Shown here one piece after another: positions 10,204 to 19,074 of a stretch of 64,000 nt of DNA. The notes under the pieces were generated by a model. The model was not told where the DNA came from and made no database searches. It worked only from the letters and a program-made list of their open reading frames with translations. Position numbers and translations under genes: made by a program. Every line of letters starts with the position of its first letter. Within the stretch, counting starts at the first letter, position 1. Source of the DNA: a virus; the IMG/VR virus record IMGVR_UViG_3300044695_007092, positions 11,321 through 75,320 of that record, one strand, 5' to 3'.

Positions 10204-10362
10204 TTGAAAGTTAAAAAAAGTAAATGCCCAAAGTGTAAAAACGAGACTGCTAAAGCCCATCACTTGGCGACATTTGAAGATAGATTATGCTTCACGTGTC
10301 TAGATAAAAGAGTTAAGAAGAAAGGAAAATTCAAAGAAATAGACATGAGCTCCGATGAGTAA
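10204..10362 (+). CDS. Small zinc-finger protein (52 aa)
   Basis: GGAG RBS, TTG start, CPKC...CFTC. Confidence 0.5.
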   Translation: MKVKKSKCPKCKNETAKAHHLATFEDRLCFTCLDKRVKKKGKFKEIDMSSDE

Positions 10363-10636
10363 AAAAATTGAAATACCTAAGCATGTTATCGAGAACGTTA
10401 AGTCATTACTAGATGTTATGGAGTTTAAAGGCCTACTAGATATGTTCCTAAAAGGAATGTGCAGACATACTGTAATAGAAACAGGAGGTAAGTTTGAGAT
10501 AGTAGCTCTGTCTATAAATTGCGTTGGTGATAGACTTTTTGAGTTTAATTTTGGAATAACTCATGAATGCGAAGATGATCGTTCTTGGTGGGTGCTGGAC
10601 TCAGCTATAACGGTAACAAGGAGTAGTAAACAATGA
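10355..10636 (+). CDS. Hypothetical protein
   Basis: Coupled ORFs (ATGA overlap with the next gene). Confidence 0.55.
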   Translation: MSKKIEIPKHVIENVKSLLDVMEFKGLLDMFLKGMCRHTVIETGGKFEIVALSINCVGDRLFEFNFGITHECEDDRSWWVLDSAITVTRSSKQ

Positions 10637-10887
10637 AAAAGGAGCTAACTATGGACAGGGCATGGTCGCCTACAGATAATGATAGAAATTGGCTAAAGGG
10701 CCTATTCTATCTGATGGCAGATAGAGCTGTATGGAGTGTGCCCGCTACTGGGCAGACATTCGTAAAAAGAGGCGATGCCCTGGTTTGGACTAACGAAGAG
10801 ATAGGAGATCACGCAGAGATCTTTGCGAGATCAAAGATGATAGGGCATGAAGTAGGAATAGACGTTATAAAAGAAAGTGAGCTATAG
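10633..10887 (+). CDS. Hypothetical protein
   Basis: AGGAG RBS; coupled to neighbours. Confidence 0.55.
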   Translation: MKKELTMDRAWSPTDNDRNWLKGLFYLMADRAVWSVPATGQTFVKRGDALVWTNEEIGDHAEIFARSKMIGHEVGIDVIKESEL

Positions 10888-11379
10888 GTGAATATATTTG
10901 TGTTGTCTCTAGAGCCAAAAGAGGCAGCGCAATGGCATATGGACAGGCATGTTGTTAAGATGCCGCTGGAGTCCGCGCAGATGCTATGCACAGCGCTTTA
11001 TCACCACGGGTACTCATCTCCTTACAAACCAGCGCATAAGAATCACCCTTGTACATTATGGGCTGCCAAGTCTAGATCCAACTTTATATGGCTCTGCCGG
11101 CTAGGATTAGAGCTTTGCGGAGAGTACACTTTTCGATATAAAAAAGAACATAAGTCAGGAGAAGTAATAAGTTTCTGCAAGGATATGAGAATACTAATAC
11201 CTGATGGCCCGCTTACAAGCTTTGCTCAAGCCATGCCTGATGAGTATAAAGATGCGTGTCCTTTGAAAGCCTACAGAGAGTATTACAGAAAAGGTAAGTC
11301 TCATCTTGCTAGTTGGAAAGATAGAGAAGAGCCTTGGTGGTACAAGGACGACAGTAAGAAAGCCGTATTAGGAGATTAG
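10888..11379 (+). CDS. Pyrimidine-dimer DNA glycosylase / endonuclease V family
   Basis: MNIFVL...DRHVVKMPLESAQMLCTA...HKNHPCTLWA...FAQAMPDEYK signature. Confidence 0.85.
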   Translation: MNIFVLSLEPKEAAQWHMDRHVVKMPLESAQMLCTALYHHGYSSPYKPAHKNHPCTLWAAKSRSNFIWLCRLGLELCGEYTFRYKKEHKSGEVISFCKDMRILIPDGPLTSFAQAMPDEYKDACPLKAYREYYRKGKSHLASWKDREEPWWYKDDSKKAVLGD

Positions 11380-11380
11380 C

Positions 11381-11671
11381 ATGGAGCTTGAACCCGATAT
11401 ACAGTTTATTAAAGAAGCCATAGATGAGATGAATATTGAGTCTATAGTAGAGACTATGATTAGAGGCCACGTTCTTAACATAGCCGGAGAAGATATGGAT
11501 TTAAATGCGATTATAAAATCTGTATCAGTAAGCGATACTGACGATATAAACATTAGAAAAGCTAACATAATTATAGATTTACTAGTAAGAGTAAAGCCTG
11601 AGCTAAAGCTCAGGTCAGTGGAGCATGTTCTGTTGTACCCAAGTTATGAAAGGAATGGTAATGAAAAGTAA
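11381..11671 (+). CDS. Hypothetical protein
   Basis: GGAG RBS; operon position. Confidence 0.55.
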   Translation: MELEPDIQFIKEAIDEMNIESIVETMIRGHVLNIAGEDMDLNAIIKSVSVSDTDDINIRKANIIIDLLVRVKPELKLRSVEHVLLYPSYERNGNEK

Positions 11672-12068
11672 AGTTAAAAAGACAATCAGTAAGAAAACTA
11701 AGACTGCACCTATTAAATACGTAAAGGCATTACTCACTATATCAGAGCTAAGAAAGGTTCGTTTAACTAGGTTATCTGAGATGATGGAGATTAAAAAATA
11801 TGAACCAGAAAAAATAAATAAAATGAGGATAGATAGTAAATCTATTCTTAGAAAGAAGAATGGTAAGTACCAGCTTTTAAAGTGTAATTTAGACGAGTTA
11901 ATGCAGTGTCTGGTTCACCAGATACAGCTTAAAGACAGAAAATACAGCAAGCCATTAGAGATCAAGGAGTTTAGTATTGATTTAACGTACTCCTACGGCG
12001 GTAAGGTTGATATGAGGCAAATGGTTAACGGGTCTCAAAAAGAATCATGGAAAAGGCCTGAAGATTAA
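11661..12068 (+). CDS. Hypothetical basic protein
   Basis: Lys-rich ORF followed by a terminator. Confidence 0.5.
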   Translation: MKSKVKKTISKKTKTAPIKYVKALLTISELRKVRLTRLSEMMEIKKYEPEKINKMRIDSKSILRKKNGKYQLLKCNLDELMQCLVHQIQLKDRKYSKPLEIKEFSIDLTYSYGGKVDMRQMVNGSQKESWKRPED

Positions 12069-12096
12069 TGCTAGGCGCGGTTAGTAGTTTTAACAT

Positions 12097-12132
12097 AGCC
12101 AATTGTGGAGTTGTTTCCACAATTGGCTTTTC
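12097..12132 (+). terminator. Intrinsic terminator
   Basis: AGCCAATTGTGGA/TCCACAATTGGCT stem plus T-tract. Confidence 0.75.
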
Positions 12133-12151
12133 TATTTAACAGGAGAATAAA

Positions 12152-12328
12152 ATGGCAATTGAAGTTAGCACGACGAATCAAGATTCATCAAAGATAGAGG
12201 TAACTAAAAACTCTAAGGGATATACATGGGTTATAAGACTGACGTGTAAGGACGGCGAAGAGCAAAATACTATCGATAGGATTGAAGCTATAAACACTGA
12301 CCTAACCAGAAGATTTAAATCAGAATAG
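12152..12328 (+). CDS. Small hypothetical protein (58 aa)
   Basis: AGGAG RBS; MAIEVSTTNQDSSKIEVTKNSKGYTWVIRL... Confidence 0.6.
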   Translation: MAIEVSTTNQDSSKIEVTKNSKGYTWVIRLTCKDGEEQNTIDRIEAINTDLTRRFKSE

Positions 12329-12338
12329 GAGAAATAAA

Positions 12339-14591
12339 ATGTCAAGAGAACATGTAGTCGAGATACTAAGCGTAGCATCCGCTAAAAAATACGCAAAGAG
12401 CGCAGACAGGCACTTTAGCTTTGCAAACCTTAAAAGTCTTGAAAAGCCGGACACATTAAGATGGCTTACGTCGCATAACCCTGAGTGCTCTGAAAAGATG
12501 AGTATAGGGTTTGGAGATAGATTTACAATAACTAAAGATAATAGACTGTACATTAAGGACCTGCACACAGTAGAGCTGCGTATATGTGGAGATATAGAAT
12601 TAGATTATAACGAGACGTTAGAGTTTATGCATGAGCTGGCCTGCTCTCAGATAAAATCTATTGAGTTTTGTAGGTCAGCTGCTATTCATATATTAAAGAC
12701 CATAAACACCAAGCCTATAGACGACGCAGCGCTTATTGAAATGATTAGTAGGGTTCCATCTAAGAGTCCTCCTATCTACGATAAAATTATGATCGAGGGC
12801 GCCTATAGTTTTAGATCGGGTAATGAGTGCACCATAGTAACCACTCACGACCACGCTCCGGCTATTAATAGGATACTTGTTGATGTCGCTTGTACAGGCG
12901 ACGGTATGAGCATAAGACGGCATAATCATTATGCTAGCACTTCGGAGCAGGTGGTTGAAATAACTGTAAGAACAGATATAGCAGCCGCAGTAGTTGGAGA
13001 CTCCCTCCTACTTACAGAAACGCATAAGTCCGTGGCTAGAGAAAAGATTAAAGGATTCTTTAATATGATAAAGCGCTCTATCATGTTTAAAGAAATAGCT
13101 ACTGGCAGGTGCTTATTTAAAACAATCGATATGGAGGACTTAGATAGGGCTTCATCGGTAGGTTCATTTATAAAAACAGTTAATACTAATAAACTAGCTT
13201 TGCATGTATCTGTCGCTTTTAATACTGAAGAGGCCTACCTCAGCTCTACGTACCTAAGGGAAGCCATGGCTGTTGAAGGCGGAGAAGACATGGTGTCAAG
13301 GTTCGTAAGGGATGCTGAGAGTATTAGAGCTCAAGCACGCTGCTATGGTGTAACCGGCAGAGACTTATTTAGAGAAAAAGGTATTAGAAAGCTAATAAGC
13401 CAAAGAATACAGGATATTAATTTTATTAATAAAGCGCTGGCAGAAGAATGTAAACTTCTTTCTGAGGATATAGAGGAGGCTGTTAAAAATAGAAGGCCGT
13501 TTAGCCATGAGCGTAATGCCTCTACCTCTGTATTTTCTTGCACAATCAACGATGATATATATGACAAAGAGTTGGTAGACTATTTAACAAAAAATGTTAC
13601 AGGCAAACTTGTTGTAAGACAGGGCTTAAGGGCTATCCCATGCTTAGACAGCGACAAGTTTACATTAATAGATGACATCGGTATAGAAGTAAAAAAGGAA
13701 GTATTGAATGGTCCTTTTAATTTTAAAGAGTTCAAAGGAAAGAATATAGTACTTGGAAATATAGACCCAAAGAAAGTAGTTCCAGGCGATCTATCTCGTT
13801 TAATATCTAACTTAAGAAAAAGCATTTATATAGTAGGAGATACGGAAGAAACTCACGGAAAAAGCGAAGGCGTGCTTATGTTCTGCGAGTACTCTACTAT
13901 ACCTGACTATATATTTGAAGAGCTTATGATGTCTATGGCCGGGATAGAAATTAAAGATGGAAGAATATATCCTAGCTTTCTAGACGACGCCAGAGGCTTA
14001 TCTTTAAGTAAACAAAATTACAACGATATAGATATCACTATATTCATTCCTGATACATGTAAGATTAGCGCTAAGTGGGCTAATAACCTACATATGTTAA
14101 AGCTTAAAATACAAAAGTCCGTAGACGAGGCAAGAATAGTAATTCAGCCTCTAATTAACTGCTTTACTAAAAACATAGGCGTTAGCGATATAGATATAAC
14201 CTCTGATATAAATAGTGGTGTGGCGTATAGTAAGAGGTGCAGGCTAACTCCTACCAGCACTTGTTCAGCAACCTTTATTGATAGTATCTTTATGGGGTAC
14301 GATGAACTAGGAATACCTTTATACGGAGCCTGCGGCCCCTCCGATGGAGTGGCTGAGACTGCTAGAGGTGGTAACCTAAAGGAGTTATATCCAGAATTAG
14401 AAGATAAAAATGGAATGTTTGGTAAAATAACGGCCGTAGGAAGAAAAAGAATTAGAAGAGGATCTCATAATATATGCATATATATTAGAGGTTTGACTAA
14501 AGAGTCAGCGCTTATAAGGTCTTCTACTTTAGAGTTGGCTAAGATAACTGAGTCTTTAGTTCCTAGCCTAGAGGCAGCTATGTCTTTTTAA
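12339..14591 (+). CDS. Large hypothetical protein (750 aa)
   Basis: Long ORF with AGGAG RBS; no motif recognised. Confidence 0.7.
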   Translation: MSREHVVEILSVASAKKYAKSADRHFSFANLKSLEKPDTLRWLTSHNPECSEKMSIGFGDRFTITKDNRLYIKDLHTVELRICGDIELDYNETLEFMHELACSQIKSIEFCRSAAIHILKTINTKPIDDAALIEMISRVPSKSPPIYDKIMIEGAYSFRSGNECTIVTTHDHAPAINRILVDVACTGDGMSIRRHNHYASTSEQVVEITVRTDIAAAVVGDSLLLTETHKSVAREKIKGFFNMIKRSIMFKEIATGRCLFKTIDMEDLDRASSVGSFIKTVNTNKLALHVSVAFNTEEAYLSSTYLREAMAVEGGEDMVSRFVRDAESIRAQARCYGVTGRDLFREKGIRKLISQRIQDINFINKALAEECKLLSEDIEEAVKNRRPFSHERNASTSVFSCTINDDIYDKELVDYLTKNVTGKLVVRQGLRAIPCLDSDKFTLIDDIGIEVKKEVLNGPFNFKEFKGKNIVLGNIDPKKVVPGDLSRLISNLRKSIYIVGDTEETHGKSEGVLMFCEYSTIPDYIFEELMMSMAGIEIKDGRIYPSFLDDARGLSLSKQNYNDIDITIFIPDTCKISAKWANNLHMLKLKIQKSVDEARIVIQPLINCFTKNIGVSDIDITSDINSGVAYSKRCRLTPTSTCSATFIDSIFMGYDELGIPLYGACGPSDGVAETARGGNLKELYPELEDKNGMFGKITAVGRKRIRRGSHNICIYIRGLTKESALIRSSTLELAKITESLVPSLEAAMSF

Positions 14592-14602
14592 TTAATAGAA
14601 AT

Positions 14603-14634
14603 AGAAAAGGAGGCGGTTAAGCCTCCTTTTCTTT
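14603..14634. terminator. Bidirectional terminator between convergent genes
   Basis: AGAAAAGGAGGC/GCCTCCTTTTCT. Confidence 0.75.
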
Positions 14635-14652
14635 ACTAAATACTACCGAATA

Positions 14653-14892
14653 CTAACGAAGCCTATTAAGAAGCCTGTTAGCCCTGCCGCGAATCTTCTC
14701 AGAAGCGGAACAAGAAGATTTACAAGAGGATTCAACCTTTGTTGAATTTTCAACCTTTGGGGCTGGCTTAGATTCTACTTTGGCCGGAACTGCTGAGCAG
14801 GACCCACCAGAGCAAGAACCTGACTTCTTAAAAATGCCGTCAACGGCTTCAGACCCGAAAGCAATACCTGCGATAACAACTAACTGAAACAT
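14653..14892 (-). CDS. Small secreted or membrane-anchored Cys/Ser-rich peptide
   Basis: GGAGG RBS; hydrophobic N-terminus; SCSGGSCS; Arg-rich C-terminus. Confidence 0.6.
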   Translation of the reverse strand: MFQLVVIAGIAFGSEAVDGIFKKSGSCSGGSCSAVPAKVESKPAPKVENSTKVESSCKSSCSASEKIRGRANRLLNRLR

Positions 14893-15051
14893 ACTAACCT
14901 CCTGTAAAGTCTATCTACCAGCCCTATTGCTGGAGATGAAAGTTTACAGATGTTAAGTACTTCGACAAGTAATCGCTTAGATATTTATAAACACAATCTA
15001 TATAAACCCTTTACATGTAAAGGTTTATAAATTTAAAAAAGAAAGGAAATC

Positions 15052-15468
15052 ATGAAAAGCAAATACAAGTACACATACCACAAAGGCCATTACACGATCT
15101 ACAAGTTCATAATGAACCATAATAATAAAGGCGTAAAAGTCACAGATTTGGATATTGAAAAAGGCACGCGCCTTGGAAAATCTACTGTGTTAATATACCG
15201 CACTAAGCTTATGAGAGACGGCGTAATAGCAAGAGACGGCTCTGACAGTAGGTCAGGTAGGGTAAGGAAGGCATGGAAATGCATTAAACCCTTCAAATTA
15301 GAGAGATCTGTCGCTAGTAAGGTCAAAGTACCAAAAATTAATAAAGCCTCAAATTATAGAAAAGAAAAGGTGTTCTTAGGCACCGTTCTGGAAAAGGTCT
15401 TAGCAGAGCTTAGCCTTAACAATAATCTACTGGGGCAGGTAGCAAGACTACTTAGTGTAGACTATTAA
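15052..15468 (+). CDS. Winged-helix DNA-binding protein
   Basis: DLDIEKGTRLGKSTVLIYRTKLMRDGVIAR...GRVRKAW helix-turn-helix plus wing pattern. Confidence 0.55.
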   Translation: MKSKYKYTYHKGHYTIYKFIMNHNNKGVKVTDLDIEKGTRLGKSTVLIYRTKLMRDGVIARDGSDSRSGRVRKAWKCIKPFKLERSVASKVKVPKINKASNYRKEKVFLGTVLEKVLAELSLNNNLLGQVARLLSVDY

Positions 15469-15523
15469 GTAAAAGCGACTCGTAGTCGCTGCAAAAAATT
15501 AAGTGCAATACTAATGTACGGTT

Positions 15524-15577
15524 GTATACAAAAATGTTGCACTTAATTCATACTACTCCTAAAGGAGTAGTATAATA
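15524..15577 (+). repeat. Left arm of 54-bp inverted repeat
   Basis: Reverse complement of 15951-16004 with 2 mismatches; contains the palindrome ATACTACTCCT-AA-AGGAGTAGTAT. Confidence 0.95.
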
Positions 15578-15602
15578 TATTTTAAAACCAAGAAAGGTAA
15601 AA

Positions 15603-15938
15603 ATGCAGAACACAAAAATCATAAAACTATTAGTTCTTATTAATCATAGAAATAGAGAAATTGATATAAGGGCTAAAACTTCTCCTAACGTCTTTTGTGT
15701 AAGAATAAGATGCACTATTGACCAGTTCAGTAAAGGCGATCTGCACGAAAAAGCCTTATCAATAGGAAAAAAATACATTCATACTAAGATGAATGCATCA
15801 AGCGAAGATTTTGATCTTGTATGCTTTGATAAGTATGAAGGACATTTTATTAGCAAAAAGGTATGGAAATTACCTATGTGGAAGCAATCACAAGTATACG
15901 ATATCAGTAAAGACGAAGTTTCAAAACATGAAGAATGA
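15603..15938 (+). CDS. Hypothetical protein enclosed by the inverted repeat
   Basis: AAAGG RBS; fills the space between the IR arms. Confidence 0.6.
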   Translation: MQNTKIIKLLVLINHRNREIDIRAKTSPNVFCVRIRCTIDQFSKGDLHEKALSIGKKYIHTKMNASSEDFDLVCFDKYEGHFISKKVWKLPMWKQSQVYDISKDEVSKHEE

Positions 15939-15950
15939 TAGATGTAAATC

Positions 15951-16004
15951 TATTATACTACTCCTTTAGGAGTAGTATGAATTAAGTGCAACACCTTTGT
16001 ATAC
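15951..16004 (-). repeat. Right arm of 54-bp inverted repeat
   Basis: Reverse complement of 15524-15577 with 2 mismatches. Confidence 0.95.
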
Positions 16005-16140
16005 CTGCGTACACTATATACGCAGGTAATCTATTTACAGAATGCTCCAGTAATAGGACAATTGTATTAGCTACAGTTAATGCCATCTTGTCTTGTTACT
16101 AGGAGCTTCTATAGTAAAACTTAAAAGTAAGGGAGGTATC

Positions 16141-16401
16141 ATGAAGACTTTAGACGTGGATACCGAGCAAGAAACAGAAGAGCCCAAAAAAAGCAAAGCG
16201 GATAAGCTTGCAGGAAAGATCATAACTCATCTTAGGAAACTTCATAAGTTTCCAGAAAATGTAATAAAAGTAGAAGCAATAAACGTGTACACAACTCGAT
16301 GGAGAGTAAACGTGTGGACGTGGGGAGAGAATAACGCCAAGGTAGAAGCATCTTGGTTTGTAGTAGTAGATCTTAAGGGTGATGTAGTACAGGTGTATTA
16401 G
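16141..16401 (+). CDS. Hypothetical protein
   Basis: GGAGG RBS before ATG 16141; NVYTTRWRVNVW. Confidence 0.6.
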   Translation: MKTLDVDTEQETEEPKKSKADKLAGKIITHLRKLHKFPENVIKVEAINVYTTRWRVNVWTWGENNAKVEASWFVVVDLKGDVVQVY

Positions 16402-16412
16402 TTTTAGGAGAT

Positions 16413-16706
16413 ATGATGATTGAAAGAAAAAAAATAGAGTTTAATAATGATGACCATAGAGAAGAGGTTGTTGCTAAAGTAGTCTCTAGTTCAATAGAGG
16501 CCCTTCGTATGCTATCTCATACTCTTAATTCCGGCTCGATCAAAAGCTTTGAAGACTTTAAAAGATTAATAGAAGACCCAAAAAATACCGCTATCAGGGA
16601 GCTTCTTGATAGATCGAAGGAAGAGGTAAATAAGCATATTATAACTAAAGGCGAGTTTCTTAGAGAGACCGCTAAACAAGACCCTAAGCTGACTTGCTTA
16701 GACTAG
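16413..16706 (+). CDS. Hypothetical protein
   Basis: AGGAG RBS; followed by a terminator. Confidence 0.55.
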   Translation: MMIERKKIEFNNDDHREEVVAKVVSSSIEALRMLSHTLNSGSIKSFEDFKRLIEDPKNTAIRELLDRSKEEVNKHIITKGEFLRETAKQDPKLTCLD

Positions 16707-16719
16707 TCTTGATACACTT

Positions 16720-16764
16720 AATAAAGGGGTGGGGTATTTCCCCCACCCCTTTATTTTTTTAGCT
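16720..16764 (+). terminator. Intrinsic terminator ending T7-AGCT
   Basis: AATAAAGGGGTGGGG/CCCCACCCCTTTATT plus T-run and AGCT. Confidence 0.85.
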
Positions 16765-16797
16765 GTAAGCAAGTAAGAGTAAAAGTAAGGGGCTTCA

Positions 16798-17697
16798 ATG
16801 AAACAACAAAGGCTGGTTTATAGATTCTACAGAGCTTGCTTTTATAGACGTTTAAATGAACTAGTAAATAAAGGACCTAAGCCAGAAAGAGGGACCTTAC
16901 TACAAAGCTATATCTTGCGAAGGGCTAGAAAGATAAAGCTTTTTAAAAGGCTGTTCAAGCATGACCCGGTCTTAGGCGAGAAATACAAGTATCTATGTTA
17001 TTCTTTGACTAAATGTAAACTTCCAATGTACCTAAACGTTAAAGGTTACAAGAAACAATTAACTAAAAAAGACGTATCCGGTAATCCAGTATACTGCAGT
17101 AAGACAAGATTCTGCGGTCATTGCTGGATTAGAACTACGTGTAGGTCTTTTGTAAAAATGGTAAAAGCTATGCCGACTACTGACGGTTATATTTACGCCT
17201 ATAAGTCTAAAGTATCCCTAATAGACGCAGACGCAAGTACCTACTCTATAATTAATGAATGCCGTGATATGTTTACCAAACGTCATAAGTTCTCATCTTA
17301 CAAGCTAAAGAGGGCCGGTATTCTCGGTATAAGCGAGACCTTATGTGTATACCCTATAGTTGCAAATAATAAAAAGGTATTCGCCCTAGAGCTTAGGCAA
17401 ATAGCTTATTGTCATCCTGCATCAATTTTTGCTCTGGCTGCTACTTCAAAGTCTGATAAGATTTTTGGTTCAGCATCTATAGATTTTTGCAGCTTTCCAG
17501 CAAACTATATGAAGGCAGGAGTCGCCACTCAGATTAAACTTGATACAATTTTAAAAAGGATTAGGCTTACAAGAAGATCTGGAATAATGTACAACCCCGA
17601 AGGTGCAAAAGTGGATACGTCTCCACCAATTGATATCGACGGGGCCGGTGAGCCGGGACCACTAGGGTGGGAGGGGGTAGGCCCGCTAGGGCCTTAG
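16798..17697 (+). CDS. Degenerate rolling-circle Rep-like (HUH-fold) protein
   Basis: YCSKTRFCGHCWIR zinc motif, GILGISETLCVY, NYMK and RLTRRSGIM follow Rep_1 motif order; HUH histidines absent. Confidence 0.4.
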   Translation: MKQQRLVYRFYRACFYRRLNELVNKGPKPERGTLLQSYILRRARKIKLFKRLFKHDPVLGEKYKYLCYSLTKCKLPMYLNVKGYKKQLTKKDVSGNPVYCSKTRFCGHCWIRTTCRSFVKMVKAMPTTDGYIYAYKSKVSLIDADASTYSIINECRDMFTKRHKFSSYKLKRAGILGISETLCVYPIVANNKKVFALELRQIAYCHPASIFALAATSKSDKIFGSASIDFCSFPANYMKAGVATQIKLDTILKRIRLTRRSGIMYNPEGAKVDTSPPIDIDGAGEPGPLGWEGVGPLGP

Positions 17698-17761
17698 GAT
17701 TGGCCAGAGTCGACTCCGACAATATTAAAACCTTATGTTAAGGAAGATTAAGGAAAATAAT

Positions 17762-18211
17762 ATGGTAAAGGAAGTTAAGTTAAAGTCTTATATTATACTA
17801 GTTCCGCCTGTATTTGGATCCAAGGTATTCGTACCTTCGAAGTATCCAGCGCCAGGCGAAAGTTATAATCATAAGCAGATGGTAGACGTTCTTACCATAT
17901 TTGATAAGAGATGGAAGGCTGCGGGCTCTCCAGTAGATAGAGAGCCCTACGCCTTGTCTTCAAGTAAAGATGGTATTGTGGAAAATGATCCTTTAAGATT
18001 TACTCACGACCAGATTTATTCGGAAATGGCCGCAGACGCTTACATAGAGTCAGTTGCCGAAAAGGAGTCTTCAAACCTGCTACTTAAGGAATTACTTAGT
18101 TTAGACAACAGTTTTGATAGCGATGATGACATCGACATAGCGCCACATGGAGGTGGCAAAACGTGCGAAAGAAAAACAACAAACAAAAGAAGTTCGATAA
18201 GGAAAAAGTAG
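17762..18211 (+). CDS. Hypothetical protein
   Basis: AAGGA RBS; ORF. Confidence 0.5.
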   Translation: MVKEVKLKSYIILVPPVFGSKVFVPSKYPAPGESYNHKQMVDVLTIFDKRWKAAGSPVDREPYALSSSKDGIVENDPLRFTHDQIYSEMAADAYIESVAEKESSNLLLKELLSLDNSFDSDDDIDIAPHGGGKTCERKTTNKRSSIRKK

Positions 18212-18402
18212 ATAAGCATAAGAAAAGATATCCTAACGGCGGTGTAAAAAAATGTTTACGCTGCGATAAAGATTTTCTTTCTAGTGACGTTATTACCAAT
18301 AGGATATGCGTCGACTGCTCTAGGCATATAAGCAAAGAGTGGCTTCCAGACGTTTATAACTCTGGAGTTAATCCTTCACAGGACGTAGACGACTGGTTCT
18401 AG
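18163..18402 (+). CDS. Small zinc-finger protein
   Basis: GGAGG RBS, GTG start, CLRC...RICVDC. Confidence 0.6.
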   Translation: MRKKNNKQKKFDKEKVDKHKKRYPNGGVKKCLRCDKDFLSSDVITNRICVDCSRHISKEWLPDVYNSGVNPSQDVDDWF

Positions 18403-19062
18403 TCACCTATTGTGCCATAGGCTTTTATCAACAAGAAGACCGGCCATTGATATGGTCGTAGGGTCCTCTACTCCGCAGAACGCTGCTATCTTACCAACGC
18501 AGTCTTTAGTGTTTGTCATAAGGTCTTCGTAGGTTACAGAAAGCGTAGGTATGCCGAGCTCCTCGGCCCACTTTAAAGACTCTATCCTAGCTTCTTCATA
18601 CCTGCTTATTATTTCGTAAGCCCTGTCGTACTCTACCTTAATTACCTTTTTCATACTCTCAGACGACAGGTGCAAAGGTCTAGACGTGCTTATTATTTTA
18701 AGTTCGCATGTTGAAGTTAAGTACTTGTGTAAGGTACTTATAAGAAACACCATTCTAGGATCTTTTACCCCCCATAGCTTCTGAACACATTTTTTTCTTA
18801 CAAGGTTAATATATGCTGGTATTAGTAGGTCTTTATTTTTAGCAATAGGGTCGTCAAATAGATAAGGTATGGTTCCGTACATATGTCTGTGTATTTCTAG
18901 AAACTCCATATCTTCGTAAAAACCTTTTTCGTTATGCTCTCCTGCGACCATTAGTCTTGAGCCCATATTTACTCCTAACGAGTGAACAATGCCGGATAAT
19001 ACACTTGACCCTGACCTAGGTGTCGCTAATATAGCAAAACATGTACTGTTGTAGTCTGACAC
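18403..19062 (-). CDS. Sulfotransferase family protein
   Basis: ATPRSGSS PAPS-binding loop, NEKGFYED, WGVKDPR, VTYEDL. Confidence 0.85.
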   Translation of the reverse strand: MSDYNSTCFAILATPRSGSSVLSGIVHSLGVNMGSRLMVAGEHNEKGFYEDMEFLEIHRHMYGTIPYLFDDPIAKNKDLLIPAYINLVRKKCVQKLWGVKDPRMVFLISTLHKYLTSTCELKIISTSRPLHLSSESMKKVIKVEYDRAYEIISRYEEARIESLKWAEELGIPTLSVTYEDLMTNTKDCVGKIAAFCGVEDPTTISMAGLLVDKSLWHNR

Positions 19063-19074
19063 GGGAACTCCTTT

